From contig MU058418.1 in assembly GCA_013265495.1 (NCBI GenBank), forward strand, positions 2,568,917 to 2,623,171: a stretch of DNA of 54,255 bases, in the 5' to 3' direction. Below are positions 25,627-37,562 of this stretch, piece after piece. The DNA comes from Vicugna vicugna. Its lineage: Eukaryota. Position 1 is the first letter of the stretch. Each line of letters starts with the position of its first letter. The notes under the pieces were generated by a model, which was not told the origin of the DNA, did not search any database, and worked only from the letters and a program-made list of their open reading frames with translations. A program made the translations under genes and the position numbers.

Positions 25627-25766
25627 GTTTAACTGTATTTGAAACTGGTCAGAAGAAAATAGAAAAGAGGAAAAAATTCAAAGAAAATGATGCATCTAAT
25701 ATTGATGGTTTCTTGGGACCGTGGGCAAAATATGTGGATGAAAAAGATGTAGCCAAACCTTCAGAA
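25627..25766 (+). CDS. CDC40: CDC40 exon 5 (GLTVFETGQKKIEKRKKFKENDASNIDGFLGPWAKYVDEKDVAKPSE)
   Basis: atgtag|GTTTAA...TCAGAA|gtaagc; 140 nt; lies within ORF 25587..25835. Confidence 0.97.
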
Positions 25767-26831
25767 GTAAGCTTTGATGTTTTTCATTGGCAATTCAAGT
25801 GTATGCCATGTCTCTTCGAAGGATATATATATTAATAAACTTGAGGTTTCCTTAGAGAACTGATTGACTGGTCAGAATTTCTCTGCCTTGGTTGACTGAG
25901 AAAATACAGTAAGACCCCTTTGTTTTTCTTTGGACTATTTTTGCTTTATATTTTTTCTGATTTATTCCTTCTATATTTTTAAATTAAAATACAGTATTGA
26001 ACAATTTTTAATAGAAATCACCTTTATAATGCTATTAAGGTGCCATGGTAGCTGCTCTTCTGACACCAGATATTTAGATAGTAATTACAGAATTAATCTC
26101 TGCGATTTTAGAATTGATGGTTGGTTTTATTGATTGATTGATTGATTTAAATTTTTTAATGAAGTAATAGATCTATTTTTTTTAAATAATACTATGAAGC
26201 TTATAAAGTAAAACTATGAAACTCTACCTTGCCCTTCTCTACCTCCTAATCATACTATCTCTATGAGCCAGTCATTGTTCTAGGTCTTAGGGATGCAGCA
26301 GTGGACAAGATCAAGAAAATCCTATCCTAGCTTCTCACATCTGTATATCTCAGTAATACACATATGCTGCTATTTATTTTGACTTCTTTGTTATTGTAAA
26401 GATTTACTACTTCTCCTGCTCCTCCCGTAAAAGTTGAGTCACAGATCTACAGTCATTGCGGATATCTTTATGATTATGTAAAAGCTGTTTACTGAAGAAC
26501 AGCATCGTGTTAAATTTACTGTCCTTTCTGGCACTAGATTTTCTGATTGTCCCATCCTTTCACTTGCATAATTAGCATAATACATTGTTACTTTCTAGGT
26601 GTTCCAGAAGGGTAGGTTTTGTACCGAGTTTAAAAGTTTTAACTAGTAGCCACTATATGTTTAATGCCATTTTGTAATCTGCCGAAGAGTTGAGATTGTT
26701 GTCCTAGGAGGCATACCTGCAGCTATTGCTTCACCAAAAAGTGCACCTCATTATAAAGAATTTATGACCAGCATTGACTGTGATGGGGTTCTAGACCATC
26801 CATTTTAAAGTTCACTCTTTAATTTCCTTAG

Positions 26832-26928
26832 GAAGAACAAAAAGAGTTGGATGAAATCACAGCAAAGAGGCAGAAAAAAGGCAAACAGGAAGAAGAGAAA
26901 CCTGGGGAGGAAAAGACAATCTTACATG
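26832..26928 (+). CDS. CDC40: CDC40 exon 6 (EEQKELDEITAKRQKKGKQEEEKPGEEKTILH)
   Basis: ccttag|GAAGAA...CATG|gtatat; 97 nt. Confidence 0.96.
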
Positions 26929-27384
26929 GTATATATTTTTTTATGCCCCTTCATTTTTATGATAAAACTTTCAGATATTTACTCTGTTCTCTGTTCATAT
27001 AATATCAATTGCCTTTACTAATCAGCTGCCAAAATTCATTACAGTAAGAATTATATTGGACAATTTGAATCACAAAGAAATTACAGCAAATTCTTCTATG
27101 TTCTAATAAAAGAGATAGCCACAGATGATTTTTTGAAGTGCTAATGAATTTTTTTTAAATGGTAGATAAAGGAGAAACCTAAATTGTCCACAATCTGTTC
27201 TTTCCTAAAATAAAGTTGACTCTTTTTGGTATATAAATAGTGCCCCCAGTCATTTTAACCTTTGTTTTTAACCCAAGCCAAATATTCTCCAGGTATCATC
27301 ACAGTTCATAACTGTTACTAAATTATACTTTAAAAAACAAACTTTGTTTTTCATGTAAATAGATTGGAGATTAAGACTCATATT

Positions 27385-27530
27385 GGAGGGAAGGTATAGC
27401 TCAGTGGTTAGAGTACATGCTTAACATGCAGGAGGTCCTGGTTTTAATCCCCAGTACCTCTATTAAAATAACTAAATAAATAAGCCTAATTACTTCCTCC
27501 CCAAAAAATAAAAAAATAATAAAAAATAAA
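27385..27530 (+). mobile_element. tRNA-derived SINE (camelid Vic-1-like) with TSD
   Basis: ggagggaaggtatagctcagtggttagag...aatccccagtacctc + A-rich tail. TSD aagactcatatt (27373-27384) / aagacacatttt (27531-27542). Confidence 0.9.
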
Positions 27531-28407
27531 AAGACACATTTTGATTAGTGGAAAGAAACGCATATTCACCAAAATAAATTACAAATATTCTGGAATCTAC
27601 TTGGCTCATTAATAATTAATTATATTGGGGAAATTAAGTGGTGATTATCAAAGAATAAAGAATAATTCAGTTTTGATAGTGTTGATTATTCTAATGTTTT
27701 ATCGCTTATAAAATATATAGGTTTTGTGAGGTCATTATTTTGTTTCTTAAGCTCCAACTTTATTTCTAAGGAGTCTGTTTAGTACTGTGGTGCTTGCAGC
27801 CATAATAGCAATAACAGCCAACATTTATTGAGTACTTATTCTGCAGCATGCTGCTAGATGCTTTATGTATATTATGTCATTTAATTCTGACATGTGACTT
27901 TATTGTAAAATCTGTGTTGAAAGTAGGAAGGAGAATGGAAAAGGAACCTGGAAGGGCATAAATGAGGAAAGCAGGCAAAAGGATAGTTGATATTGTTTTG
28001 TTTTATTTTAACTTCCTTATCCTGTTTTGCTTCTAATTCTTTGCCAGTGACTCACAAGACCCAAGTATTATCTTTTCTTCCATTGCTGTAATTATTACTA
28101 CAGTGGAGTCTTTCGTATATACCACTGAAATGTGTAATTGGGTAAAGGAAGTAAGGTCTTACTTAAAGATCTGATAGTCTCTGGATATTTAGGAATTCCA
28201 AAATACTCATCTAATTGTAAATAGTAGCAGTGATTTCAGGAAGCTAAATTTTAGCTGACTCTTGGTCTCAACATCATTAGCGTATTAGTACCTAAGCCTA
28301 ATATGGGATGATATCCCTATGAGTAAAATGCTTGTTATTTGAAGAATATAGAGTTCATGACCATGGCTTGTATTTGTTCACAGATTTCTTTTGCTTTCTT
28401 GTTTCAG

Positions 28408-28547
28408 TTAAAGAAATGTATGACTACCAAGGCAGGTCCTATCTTCACATACCTCAGGATGTTGGTGTTAATCTGCGGTCAACTGTGCCACCTGAGAAGT
28501 GTTACCTTCCCAAAAAACAAATACATGTGTGGTCTGGACACACAAAG
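28408..28547 (+). CDS. CDC40: CDC40 exon 7 (VKEMYDYQGRSYLHIPQDVGVNLRSTVPPEKCYLPKKQIHVWSGHTK)
   Basis: tttcag|TTAAAG...ACAAAG|gtaagc; 140 nt; start of the first WD40 repeat. Confidence 0.97.
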
Positions 28548-29367
28548 GTAAGCAAATTGGTTGTTTCTGTTTGTTGTATTGTATAATAGTGAAGCCAACA
28601 TAAATTTTCAGCTATTGATGTGGGACATCCAGTATTTTCTGGTAAAGCTGTAGGGAAGTCAAGATAGAGCAGGGAATTCAAATTGAAGATAAACCGGAAT
28701 CAGATTGTGGAGGTACCCACACAAACCAGTCACAAATGACTACTCAGTCTTCAAGGTCATCTGGATCGGCCTTGACATAAGCTTTCATGATTCAGTGTTC
28801 TATCCCCAGATGGCAGCCACAGCTCTTGCCTCCAGGTTCCTGCTATAATCTGCTTCCTCTTGGGCACCAAGTCAATAAGCGATGGGCTGGTACTGGCACC
28901 AAAGCCTCAATAACTTTGCCTTAGCTCTTGGGGTTATCACACTTCAAAGAAGATCAGATGCTCCCTGGTTTATAAACTGTGGTAATACTTAAACTAACGC
29001 AGAGATAAGACACTTGAAAACTTTGATGTTGATATTCTTTGTCATCTGCACCGTTCCAGCTGATCATCTCTAGCTCTTAGCAAAGAGCAAAGGGACTGAG
29101 TAAAAGAGGGAAGAGGAGTGAGGGCATTAGCAACATGATTGACTAAGAATTCCCTTGGGTGAGGAAGTCAATAATAAAGGTTAAAAAAAATCTTGAAGAG
29201 CTTAGTGTCAATAAGGGCTTCTCTTACAATACTAATGAAGGTTATTCTGGGGCATGATTTTTAGAATGAAGAGAAGTAGTAAATTAGGTGACTTGTGTTT
29301 CCCTTCTGTTTAACTTTATCTGATATTTTGAATGCTTCTGATTGATAATTGTACTATCTTTTTATAG

Positions 29368-29442
29368 GGTGTCAGTGCAGTCAGATTATTCCCTCTCTCT
29401 GGCCATTTGTTGCTGTCTTGTTCCATGGACTGTAAAATTAAG
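29368..29442 (+). CDS. CDC40: CDC40 exon 8 (GVSAVRLFPLSGHLLLSCSMDCKIK)
   Basis: ttatag|GGTGTC...ATTAAG|gtgagt; 75 nt. Confidence 0.97.
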
Positions 29443-29846
29443 GTGAGTTTTCAGTAACAGAGTAGAAGTGCTACAAAGCTAGTGCTTTGGTTAAATCTAT
29501 TTGGTTAATTATAAATAAATCTGAGTTTGTTAGGCAATTAGAGGATAATTATTTTCTCTTAGGCCCTGTCAATGCAGCAATTTAGGAACTGCTTCCAAAC
29601 ATGTTGATTCAGATATGCTCTGTGGTCCAACTGGCTAGGCTCTTTGTAAGCTTAGACAGCTGATTAGAACATAATCACTTTGGCTTTAGACACAAATATT
29701 TCATCACTAATAATGCATTTTTATAGAGGTTTTGGATAATGTAACTGAGTTCATTTGTTTCTCAGTACCTTAAAAGTAAAGAGGACATACGATAAAAGTC
29801 CCATTTTTAGAGAGTAGATAATGCGATTCACCCTTCTACAGCCAGG

Positions 29847-29907
29847 AGGAGAAATGCCCCAAGCCTCTCCTCCCAAGTAGGAGAAATGCCCCAAGCCTCT
29901 CCTCCCA
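29847..29907. repeat. 29-bp direct repeat, period 32
   Basis: aggagaaatgccccaagcctctcctccca - agt - identical copy. Confidence 0.95.
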
Positions 29908-31103
29908 CTTGTGGTCTTGAGAAGCTCCACCTTTAGCCGACGCTCAGCTATAGAGTGTGTGGTAGAAGAAACTCAGTTGCCAATACATGTCAAGTTGAAT
30001 ATGGAAAAGCCTTTTAAAAACTTAAATCTGTATCTTTTTGGTGTCTTGTTTCTGGATCATTATAGTGATCAATAAATATCAACCCTATAGTGCTCTTGAG
30101 ACTTGGAAAGTTTACTGATGAAAATTTTATTCTTTGTAAATAATTCATGGATAGTTTAAAAAAAAAGGCAGCTTTTTTTGATGAGAGCAACCATTTAGGC
30201 ATTTGTCTGTACGTAGTGACTTATATGACAGACCAATAGTTTGGAATAAAAACCCTTATTTCCTTTAACCTCTACTTCATACATACTATAAGTTCTATTT
30301 AGAAACAATTAAAAAAGCATAGAATTCAAATTAGTCCATGTCTATAAACATTTACCTATTATTTGCAACAGAATGTGTATAAAAAGTTAAGGGGATCATT
30401 TCATTATGATGTAAACAATTGTTGTAGAGGCAGGTGCAAAGGTGTTCTGGTTTCATAGAAGAAGCTTACCCCAATAGGAAGGTGACTAAACTAGGATAGT
30501 AGGAGCATAGGGAGTAGAATATGTCTGAGAGGAGTGAACAGAATGAATCTCATGGTATGTGCTGAAAACTACAGGTTTTGTGATTGCTGGAGTATAAAAT
30601 CCAAGAGGCACAGAATGACTGCAATCATAAGGGAGGGACCAGATCCTGGAGGTCCTTTTCTGGTATCCTATGGGAACTGAAACTTTATCCTGTGGGCTTT
30701 GGGTGGCCAGGCAATGCTTTCTATTTTAGAGCACTAGCAACACTGTTAAGGCTTGGATTTGAGGCAGGCAAGAATAAAGATAGTTTCGAAGCTATTGTAT
30801 GTATTCACTTTAGATGTGCTAAGAATTATGAGCCCTGTTACATTTTAGTCTGGATCATCATTTTCATAATAGCTTTTATAATACTGAATACTTCAGAAAA
30901 GTTTAGAAAAAAACCTATCAGTACCAAAATGTTATAAACATGTCAGTTTTAATAACATTATTGAATTTTAAATGTAGTTCGTAGTATTATGTAAGTAGAA
31001 ACTTTTCATCATAGAAAATATATTGAATACAGAAAAGAAGAAAATGAAAACCACCTGTATAAGCTCCATCTAAATTCTCTTGATTTCAAAGTTTAGTTTT
31101 AAA

Positions 31104-31137
31104 GTGTATGTGTGTGTATGTGTGTGTGTGTGTGTGT
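31104..31137. repeat. Interrupted (TG)n microsatellite
   Basis: gtgtatgtgtgtgtatgtgtgtgtgtgtgtgtgt. Confidence 0.9.
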
Positions 31138-31334
31138 AGTATAAATAGTGCAACACAGACTAGCAGCACCAAGCAGTATGTTTAATGACATGTAATGCCT
31201 TTGTTTAAATCCCCTGTACACACAGTTATGCACACACATGGCTGGCATATGACTTTTGTTATTGACTGAAAGTTGTCATTTTATCGAAGTCTTATATTAA
31301 ATTTAATATTTCTGTGTAATGTTTTTTTCTCCAG

Positions 31335-31380
31335 CTGTGGGAGGTTTATGGAGACAGGCGCTGTCTGCGAACATTTATTG
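31335..31380 (+). CDS. CDC40: CDC40 exon 9 (LWEVYGDRRCLRTFI)
   Basis: ctccag|CTGTGG...ATTG|gtaata; 46 nt. Confidence 0.96.
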
Positions 31381-31459
31381 GTAATACTTCTTTTCTCTCT
31401 GGCTATAAATCTGTTTGAAAAGACTTTTTAAACTAAGATAAATCATTGACAGTAATTTT

Positions 31460-32200
31460 ACTACCCTGATATGAAGGAAAGTTTTCATAGACTTGAGCTG
31501 AGTCTTGAAGGAGGGGTAAATCTCCCCACATAGACAAAGAGAATTAGGAAGAGAGAGCAGCAGAAGCTAAAGCAGAAGTGGTATGAGAAAACACGTTGCT
31601 TTAGGGGAACCTCTTGTACTTCAGAATCGTTAAACATGTGGAATACGGTGAAAGATGAAAGTGGAGAAAAGCAGCGGAGGGGGCAGAGTGTGGAAGACCT
31701 TTAGACTATCCTGGGGGCCTTGGGAAGCCAACCACCGAACAGTTCTTTCAGGAAAGCAGCATGATCAGCTTTGAAGTTCACAAAGATCACCATGGCAATA
31801 CAGAGGATGCTTTGGTGGGACAGGCCTGGAGGCAAGAAAATGAATTACAAGGTTATTTCCTTGGTGTGGATTAGAGCTGATGAAAGCGTGAATTAAAGCA
31901 GCAGAGATGGAGAGGAAAGAACGATCAAGAGTTAAAACCAGTTGGACTTAGTAACTGGAAATGAGTGGTAAGAGTGAGGCAGGAATCTAGAGTGACTCCC
32001 AGGTGGCTGGATGAATGGTGGTACAGTTCACCATAAGAGGATGGTGAGGTTTCAGACTCGTTGAATTTGAGCTGCCTTTGGGATACTGAGATGAAAATGT
32101 CCAGTAGCAACTAGATAGCCAGATGTTGAGCTCTGTAGAGAGGTTGGGAATTGGCAACAAAAGCAGATAAAAGGATAAGACTGAGAGAACTCCTTGAGGG
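31460..32200 (-). mobile_element. L2 fragment
   Basis: gagctgagtcttgaagga, gagtgactcccaggtggctggatgaatggtggtac and gttgaatttgagctgcctttggg. Confidence 0.65.
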
Positions 32201-33478
32201 AAAGAAGGCCAAAAAGAGGGCAGCTTTGTGGTAGACTAGCCCTGTTAGTAGATAACAGTTTATTCTTTGTTAGATTTTGTGTGAAGGCTGGTTACATTCC
32301 AAATTAAACTAAATCACATTGAAGACCCTTTGTGTGAATTGTAGTGACTCTGTTTTTAGATTTCAGTGGGAGTTCGTTCTGCGGTGCTTTGTTATGATTT
32401 TAGGGCCTTACCACACAAATAAATACTGCCCAAGATGCTGGGGCAGCCTAAAGGACGACTTGTGGGAAGGCTCTGAACAGCGTCCAGGGAACAAAATGTC
32501 TCCTGCTATGTAGGGGATTTGGTCCCTATCTGTCTCTGCTGCCCTAACAGACAGTTTTTCGGTGGAAAACTGAAAATTTCCTGCTTAGAAAGATGATAGC
32601 AGCTCTGACTGGGACTCCTGCTGTAGGAAAGAATGCCTAACTGCCATAGTACATTCTGCGTGACTAGAGTTCATCACTGGTGACGGTACAGGGCTTCTGT
32701 GTGCGGCTGACAGTTTGTGTCATGCACATTTTGCACAACTGTACTTGGCAGTCTTGGTCATGGTGAGATGGTTTTTTAAAAAGGGAAGTTTGTACTTTCA
32801 TTTAGCCACATTTTATTCGTTCCTGTAACTTTCAGAAGAGTTGATTGGTCTGGCAAGATTGATTTCCAAGCAAAGCATCTTAAAATTAATTTATTGTCAG
32901 ATGCCATTTTGACTAAACAGTAGTTAGTATTTGTTTTCAAAAAGATTTAGTCTCTGAGATTCTGAATCCATTTCTATGAAATTTGGTAATGTGGTCACAA
33001 ATATACAATTATTGAACAAAGGCTACAATTTTCATGAACTTCAGGTTTAGGTCACATTCTTTTCACCTCCAGCTTGGCAAGTAATCTGAGAAGGAACCTT
33101 CAAAATGTCTCCTTTGTTGGCAATAATTGGCCTATTATGTTTCCTTAAATTCTTGGCTGTTCAGTCATCAGCTGGATGTATTACATATTAAGAGAGTGCC
33201 ATGACAGACTTTAAAAAAAAAGTTAGATCTTTTCTCTTGGTTCTTTCCTAACTGTTAGACATCAGAATCACCTGAGGAGATTTTCAAAGAGGGGGAAGAA
33301 AACCACCTACATTCCCAAGCCCACATATTCTGAGTCAGTAAATCAGGAGGTGGGGTTCCAGTGATTTTTGACTTAGTGTGCCTTGAAAAATACTGTTTAA
33401 TGCTATTTCTCTTATGTTGCTTATATTTTAAAAGAAGATACTTCACCTCACCTCCATTTCTATTGTCTCTGCCTTTAG

Positions 33479-33580
33479 GTCACAGTAAAGCTGTTAGGGA
33501 CATCTGCTTTAATACTGCAGGGACACAGTTCCTCAGTGCAGCTTATGACAGGTATCTTAAGCTCTGGGACACTGAGACAG
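33479..33580 (+). CDS. CDC40: CDC40 exon 10 ([34 protein letters not shown])
   Basis: ctttag|GTCACA...GACAG|gtaaga; 102 nt; GH...WD repeat. Confidence 0.97.
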
Positions 33581-34094
33581 GTAAGAGCTCACTTACACTA
33601 ACACATATTTATCTTATAAATTACCATTTTTAAATGAAACAATGTGATTGATCTGTGACAAAATGTTACCTCCTCTAACTGCTGGTTCTCATATCATTGA
33701 CTATTAGCTAATACCACAAAATGTTTGTAGAGTTGAAACTCAGCTATATAAGTAGCTTTTTCACTATGAAACTTTGTTTCCATCAAATACAATTGATAAA
33801 GCAAAAGTATTGATAGAAAAGGAAATTTGAAAATTTCCAAAGACTATTTAATTGATCTTTTTGTTCCCCTACATCACCTAGCACACTGCATTGCACATAA
33901 TAGAAGCACAATAAATGTCTAATGAACAGAATTAAATTTAATTGTCCCAGTTGGTTAAAATGTAGCTCTGAACTTCCATGGGCAGATGGTTTTATATATT
34001 CACAGACATATTAATGTCAGTACATTGTGGCTAGTATAATTTTATGTAATTAGAGAACCATCTTTCATCTTACCAATTTTCAAGAGTCAAGATA

Positions 34095-34345
34095 ATAGCT
34101 AATAGTTATTGAACACTGTTTACCAGGCATTGTACTAAGCACTTACATGTAGTATCTCATTCAACCTTTAAAATACCACTATGAGAAAAATACTATTATT
34201 TATTATTAAAAATTATACATAAATTGTAGATGAGGAAATCAAGACATAACAAGGTATCTTTTCCAGGGTCACACAGCTGGTAATGTCTGAATTAGGTTCA
34301 AACCAGCATCTCTCTAAAGCCAAAACCCATACTCTTAACCTCTTT
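34095..34345 (-). mobile_element. MIR SINE
   Basis: ttattgaacactgtttaccaggcattgtactaagcacttacatg...tagatgaggaaatc...ggtcacacagctgg. Confidence 0.75.
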
Positions 34346-34606
34346 GGCAGTGGTCCTCAACTCTAGCTGCATATTGTAATCACCTGGAGAGCTTTGTCTA
34401 TTCTGCAATTGATGATACAGATTTATTTTTGAAAATATTTTTAATCATCAAAAATCTTTGAAAAGGAACAGTGTAGTTTACAGTAAAGAACAAATAGGCT
34501 GCCCTTCAAAATACATTAAGTAGATGATCTCTAGATCTTAACCTCAGGATTGTCTTTAAGTGGTCAAATTCATTTTATCTACTTTAACTTGGGTCTTTGG
34601 TTTCAG

Positions 34607-34722
34607 GACAGTGTATATCAAGGTTTACAAACAGGAAAGTACCCTATTGTGTGAAATTTAATCCTGATGAAGATAAGCAAAATCTCTTTGTGGCTGGGAT
34701 GTCTGATAAAAAGATTGTACAA
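34607..34722 (+). CDS. CDC40: CDC40 exon 11 ([39 protein letters not shown])
   Basis: tttcag|GACAGT...GTACAA|gtaagt; 116 nt. Confidence 0.97.
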
Positions 34723-34982
34723 GTAAGTCTTTTGACAATATTTTTATTAAGATTCCTGAGCTTTATGTTGTATCAGAGAATGGAATAAGGAATATTAACT
34801 TGTTTAATGTTTGTTACTTTTAGGGACTGCTAATACTCTATTCTTAGCAGAAAACTAAATTTATAAAAACATGATGTTGGAGATCTTTTTTCCTTCTTCA
34901 CTTTCCATAATTATGATCTTTGTTTGTTTTCATAAACCTGTTCCACTGCTATCTCTGACCCTTTCTCTTATTTGATATACAG

Positions 34983-35116
34983 TGGGACATTCGAAGTGGA
35001 GAAATTGTGCAGGAGTATGATCGGCATTTGGGAGCTGTCAACACCATTGTTTTTGTCGATGAGAATAGGAGATTTGTGAGCACATCTGATGACAAAAGCC
35101 TAAGGGTTTGGGAATG
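34983..35116 (+). CDS. CDC40: CDC40 exon 12 ([44 protein letters not shown])
   Basis: atacag|TGGGAC...GAATG|gtgagt; 134 nt. Confidence 0.97.
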
Positions 35117-36854
35117 GTGAGTTTTTATCATCAGCAAATCTGATTTATATCAAGCAAACAATTTAAATTTTGTAGCCAAAGACAAAGCCTGATAATATGC
35201 AACCATCTTTGCAATCTGAATATTTTTACAACTATGATCTCTGGCCCATCAAACTGTTTTAACTATTCAAGTATCCAGAATACAAAAATAAAAATTTAAA
35301 CATGCTACTTTTTATAGTCCTTGGATAATCTATCTAAAGGATATGTATTTTGAGTCACTTTTCTTGCAATAGTGAAAAGTTTGTGTAGTGCTGTCTTACA
35401 TGCTTTATTAGGTATCTTATCTTTGCAAAATAACTGACAAAAAGCAGAGGTCACAAATGTATATACTGTATTGCTTATGCTAGGAACTGGGCCTAAGATC
35501 CTGGCCTTAGAACCAACTCAATAAAATATTTTAAGATCTCTTAATTTTTTTAATGTCTGCATTTTGATTATTCAATACTGAAAACTGCCCCATGTCCTCA
35601 CCCTTATGTCCTACTGTTCATAGCCCATTATGGTAGGAAACAAATGTTTTACTTGTACAGTATAATCAGAATATATTGGTTAATTTTGCTTTCCTAGAGA
35701 ATGACACTTTTCTAAAGTGAAGAAATACTAAAGTTAATTTCACTGAGTATCATTGATCATATTTTATAATTGATTTTCCAAAGTAGTGCATAATAATCTT
35801 TTTGTTAGAATGAATATTTGATTGTTTTCATAGTCGGTTATAAAGCACAGCTCAACTATGGTTATAGCCTAGCAGTGGCTAGAAAGTGTCTTTCCACCCC
35901 CAGAAGTTGTTCTCCTTTAGGAAGTGAGAAGCCTTGAACTACAGGCAATAGTTTCCTCCTGAAACTGAGTCTGTCTGGGGGTGAGCAGATCCCTAACCAT
36001 TGTCAGGACAGTTTGGGTTACTGAAGATTTGATGTGATTTAACTGCAGTTTCTCCCATACTCACTGCCAGTACACCCCTCCAAATTACCCCCAATTAATG
36101 GAGAGTTGACTATATTTTAAATGTAGTCTTAACATCATTCTTAAGGTCCTTGTTTGAGACTATATTATAACTAAGATCTCTCCTACTTGGGAAATGATGT
36201 TATATGCAGAGAACCTGATGTGGACATCAAGTTTTATATAAGCCAATTTAGACCACTTGCACAACAAACTAGATAGTTTAGCATAACTATAGCTGTTTTG
36301 TTTTGTTTGTCTTTAACAGTTTGATAATGCTTAAACTTTCAGATGTTTCTACCTTCATATGATATTTCAGCTCCATTTTAAAATGTGTCGCCGTATAAAA
36401 GAAATGGGTAAATAAATGATGCACCAATTATAGGGCTTTTAGAACGTTTGTGTGTGTTTTCTAAATTACAGCATTGGTCAGCAAAATATTTTGATTAAAG
36501 AGTTTGATGTTAGCATTTTTTTTCTTCTCAGAGCTTAAGAAATACTCCTAAGAGTCATAATACAATTTCATTATGAATGATGACATCCTATAGATTTCAG
36601 TTTACTTCTCACTTGCTACTGGAGCTTTCCTAACCAGTCCTGACATGAGATTAGATGCTTCTTCTCTGTCATCTCTGCAGCCCTTTGCTTCCCACAGCCT
36701 TTTAGTGCTAATTTTTTCCTCTTCCCTGACAAGTTCCTAACCATGTGTCAGTCATCCTCTCTTATTTGTCCCCAGCATCAGCACAGGGCCTGGCATGTAG
36801 TATGCACTGAATGTCTAAGGAAATCATTATTGCCATAATTATTAATGAAGTTAC

Positions 36855-37052
36855 ATTACTGAGCTCTTTCTATGTGCCAGGCACACTAAGCATTTTACAT
36901 GAACTATTTCATTTAATGGGCAAGTAATCTTATAAGATAGGTGCGTCTGCTATCCCTATTTGATAGATAAGGGAACTGAGATTGGTTAAGTAACTGGCCC
37001 AAGGTTCCACAAGACATGAAAGATCCAGAATTCAAACTTAGATCAGACTGAT
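36855..37052 (-). mobile_element. MIR SINE
   Basis: tatgtgccaggcac...agataagggaactgagattggttaagtaactggcccaagg. Confidence 0.75.
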
Positions 37053-37059
37053 TCCAAAG

Positions 37060-37562
37060 TTTTTTTTTCTTTTTTCTTTTTTTTTCCAGCTTTATTGAGG
37101 TATAAATGGCAAATAAAATTGTAATGTTTTTAAAGTGTACAACATAATGATTTGATATACATTATGCATTAATTAGCCCTTTCACACTGAGTTAATTAAC
37201 ATATCCGTCACCTCACATATTTACTTTTTTGTTTGATGAGAACACTTAGGTTCTAGTCTCTTAGCAAATTTCAGTTATACAATACAGTGTTATCAACTAT
37301 AGTCACCATGGTATACAGTAGAACCTTAGGCCTTATTCATCTTATAACTAAAAGTTTGTACCCTTTTACTAGCTTTGCTTAATTCTCTACCCACCCCTAA
37401 CACCCACCCACCCCAGCCTGGATCCCAGCCCCTGGCAGCCACCATTCTATTCTATTTTTATGAGTCTGACTTTTTTTTTTTTAAAGACCACACATGTAAG
37501 TGATGCCATGCAGTATTTTTCTCTCTTACTTATTTCACTTAGCATAACACCCTCCAGGTTTA
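37060..37562 (-). mobile_element. Short 5'-truncated L1 3' end inserted in a MIR
   Basis: Poly(T) followed by ccagctttattgaggtataa (L1MA/MB-type 3'UTR); flanking direct repeat tccaaag (37053-37059 / 37563-37569). Confidence 0.8.

Noticed and set aside
27385..27460. tRNA gene (TAGCTCAGTGG A-box, B-box-like motif)
   Set aside because: It has a degenerate B box, an A-rich tail, TSDs and two more diverged copies in the window, so it is a tRNA-derived SINE.
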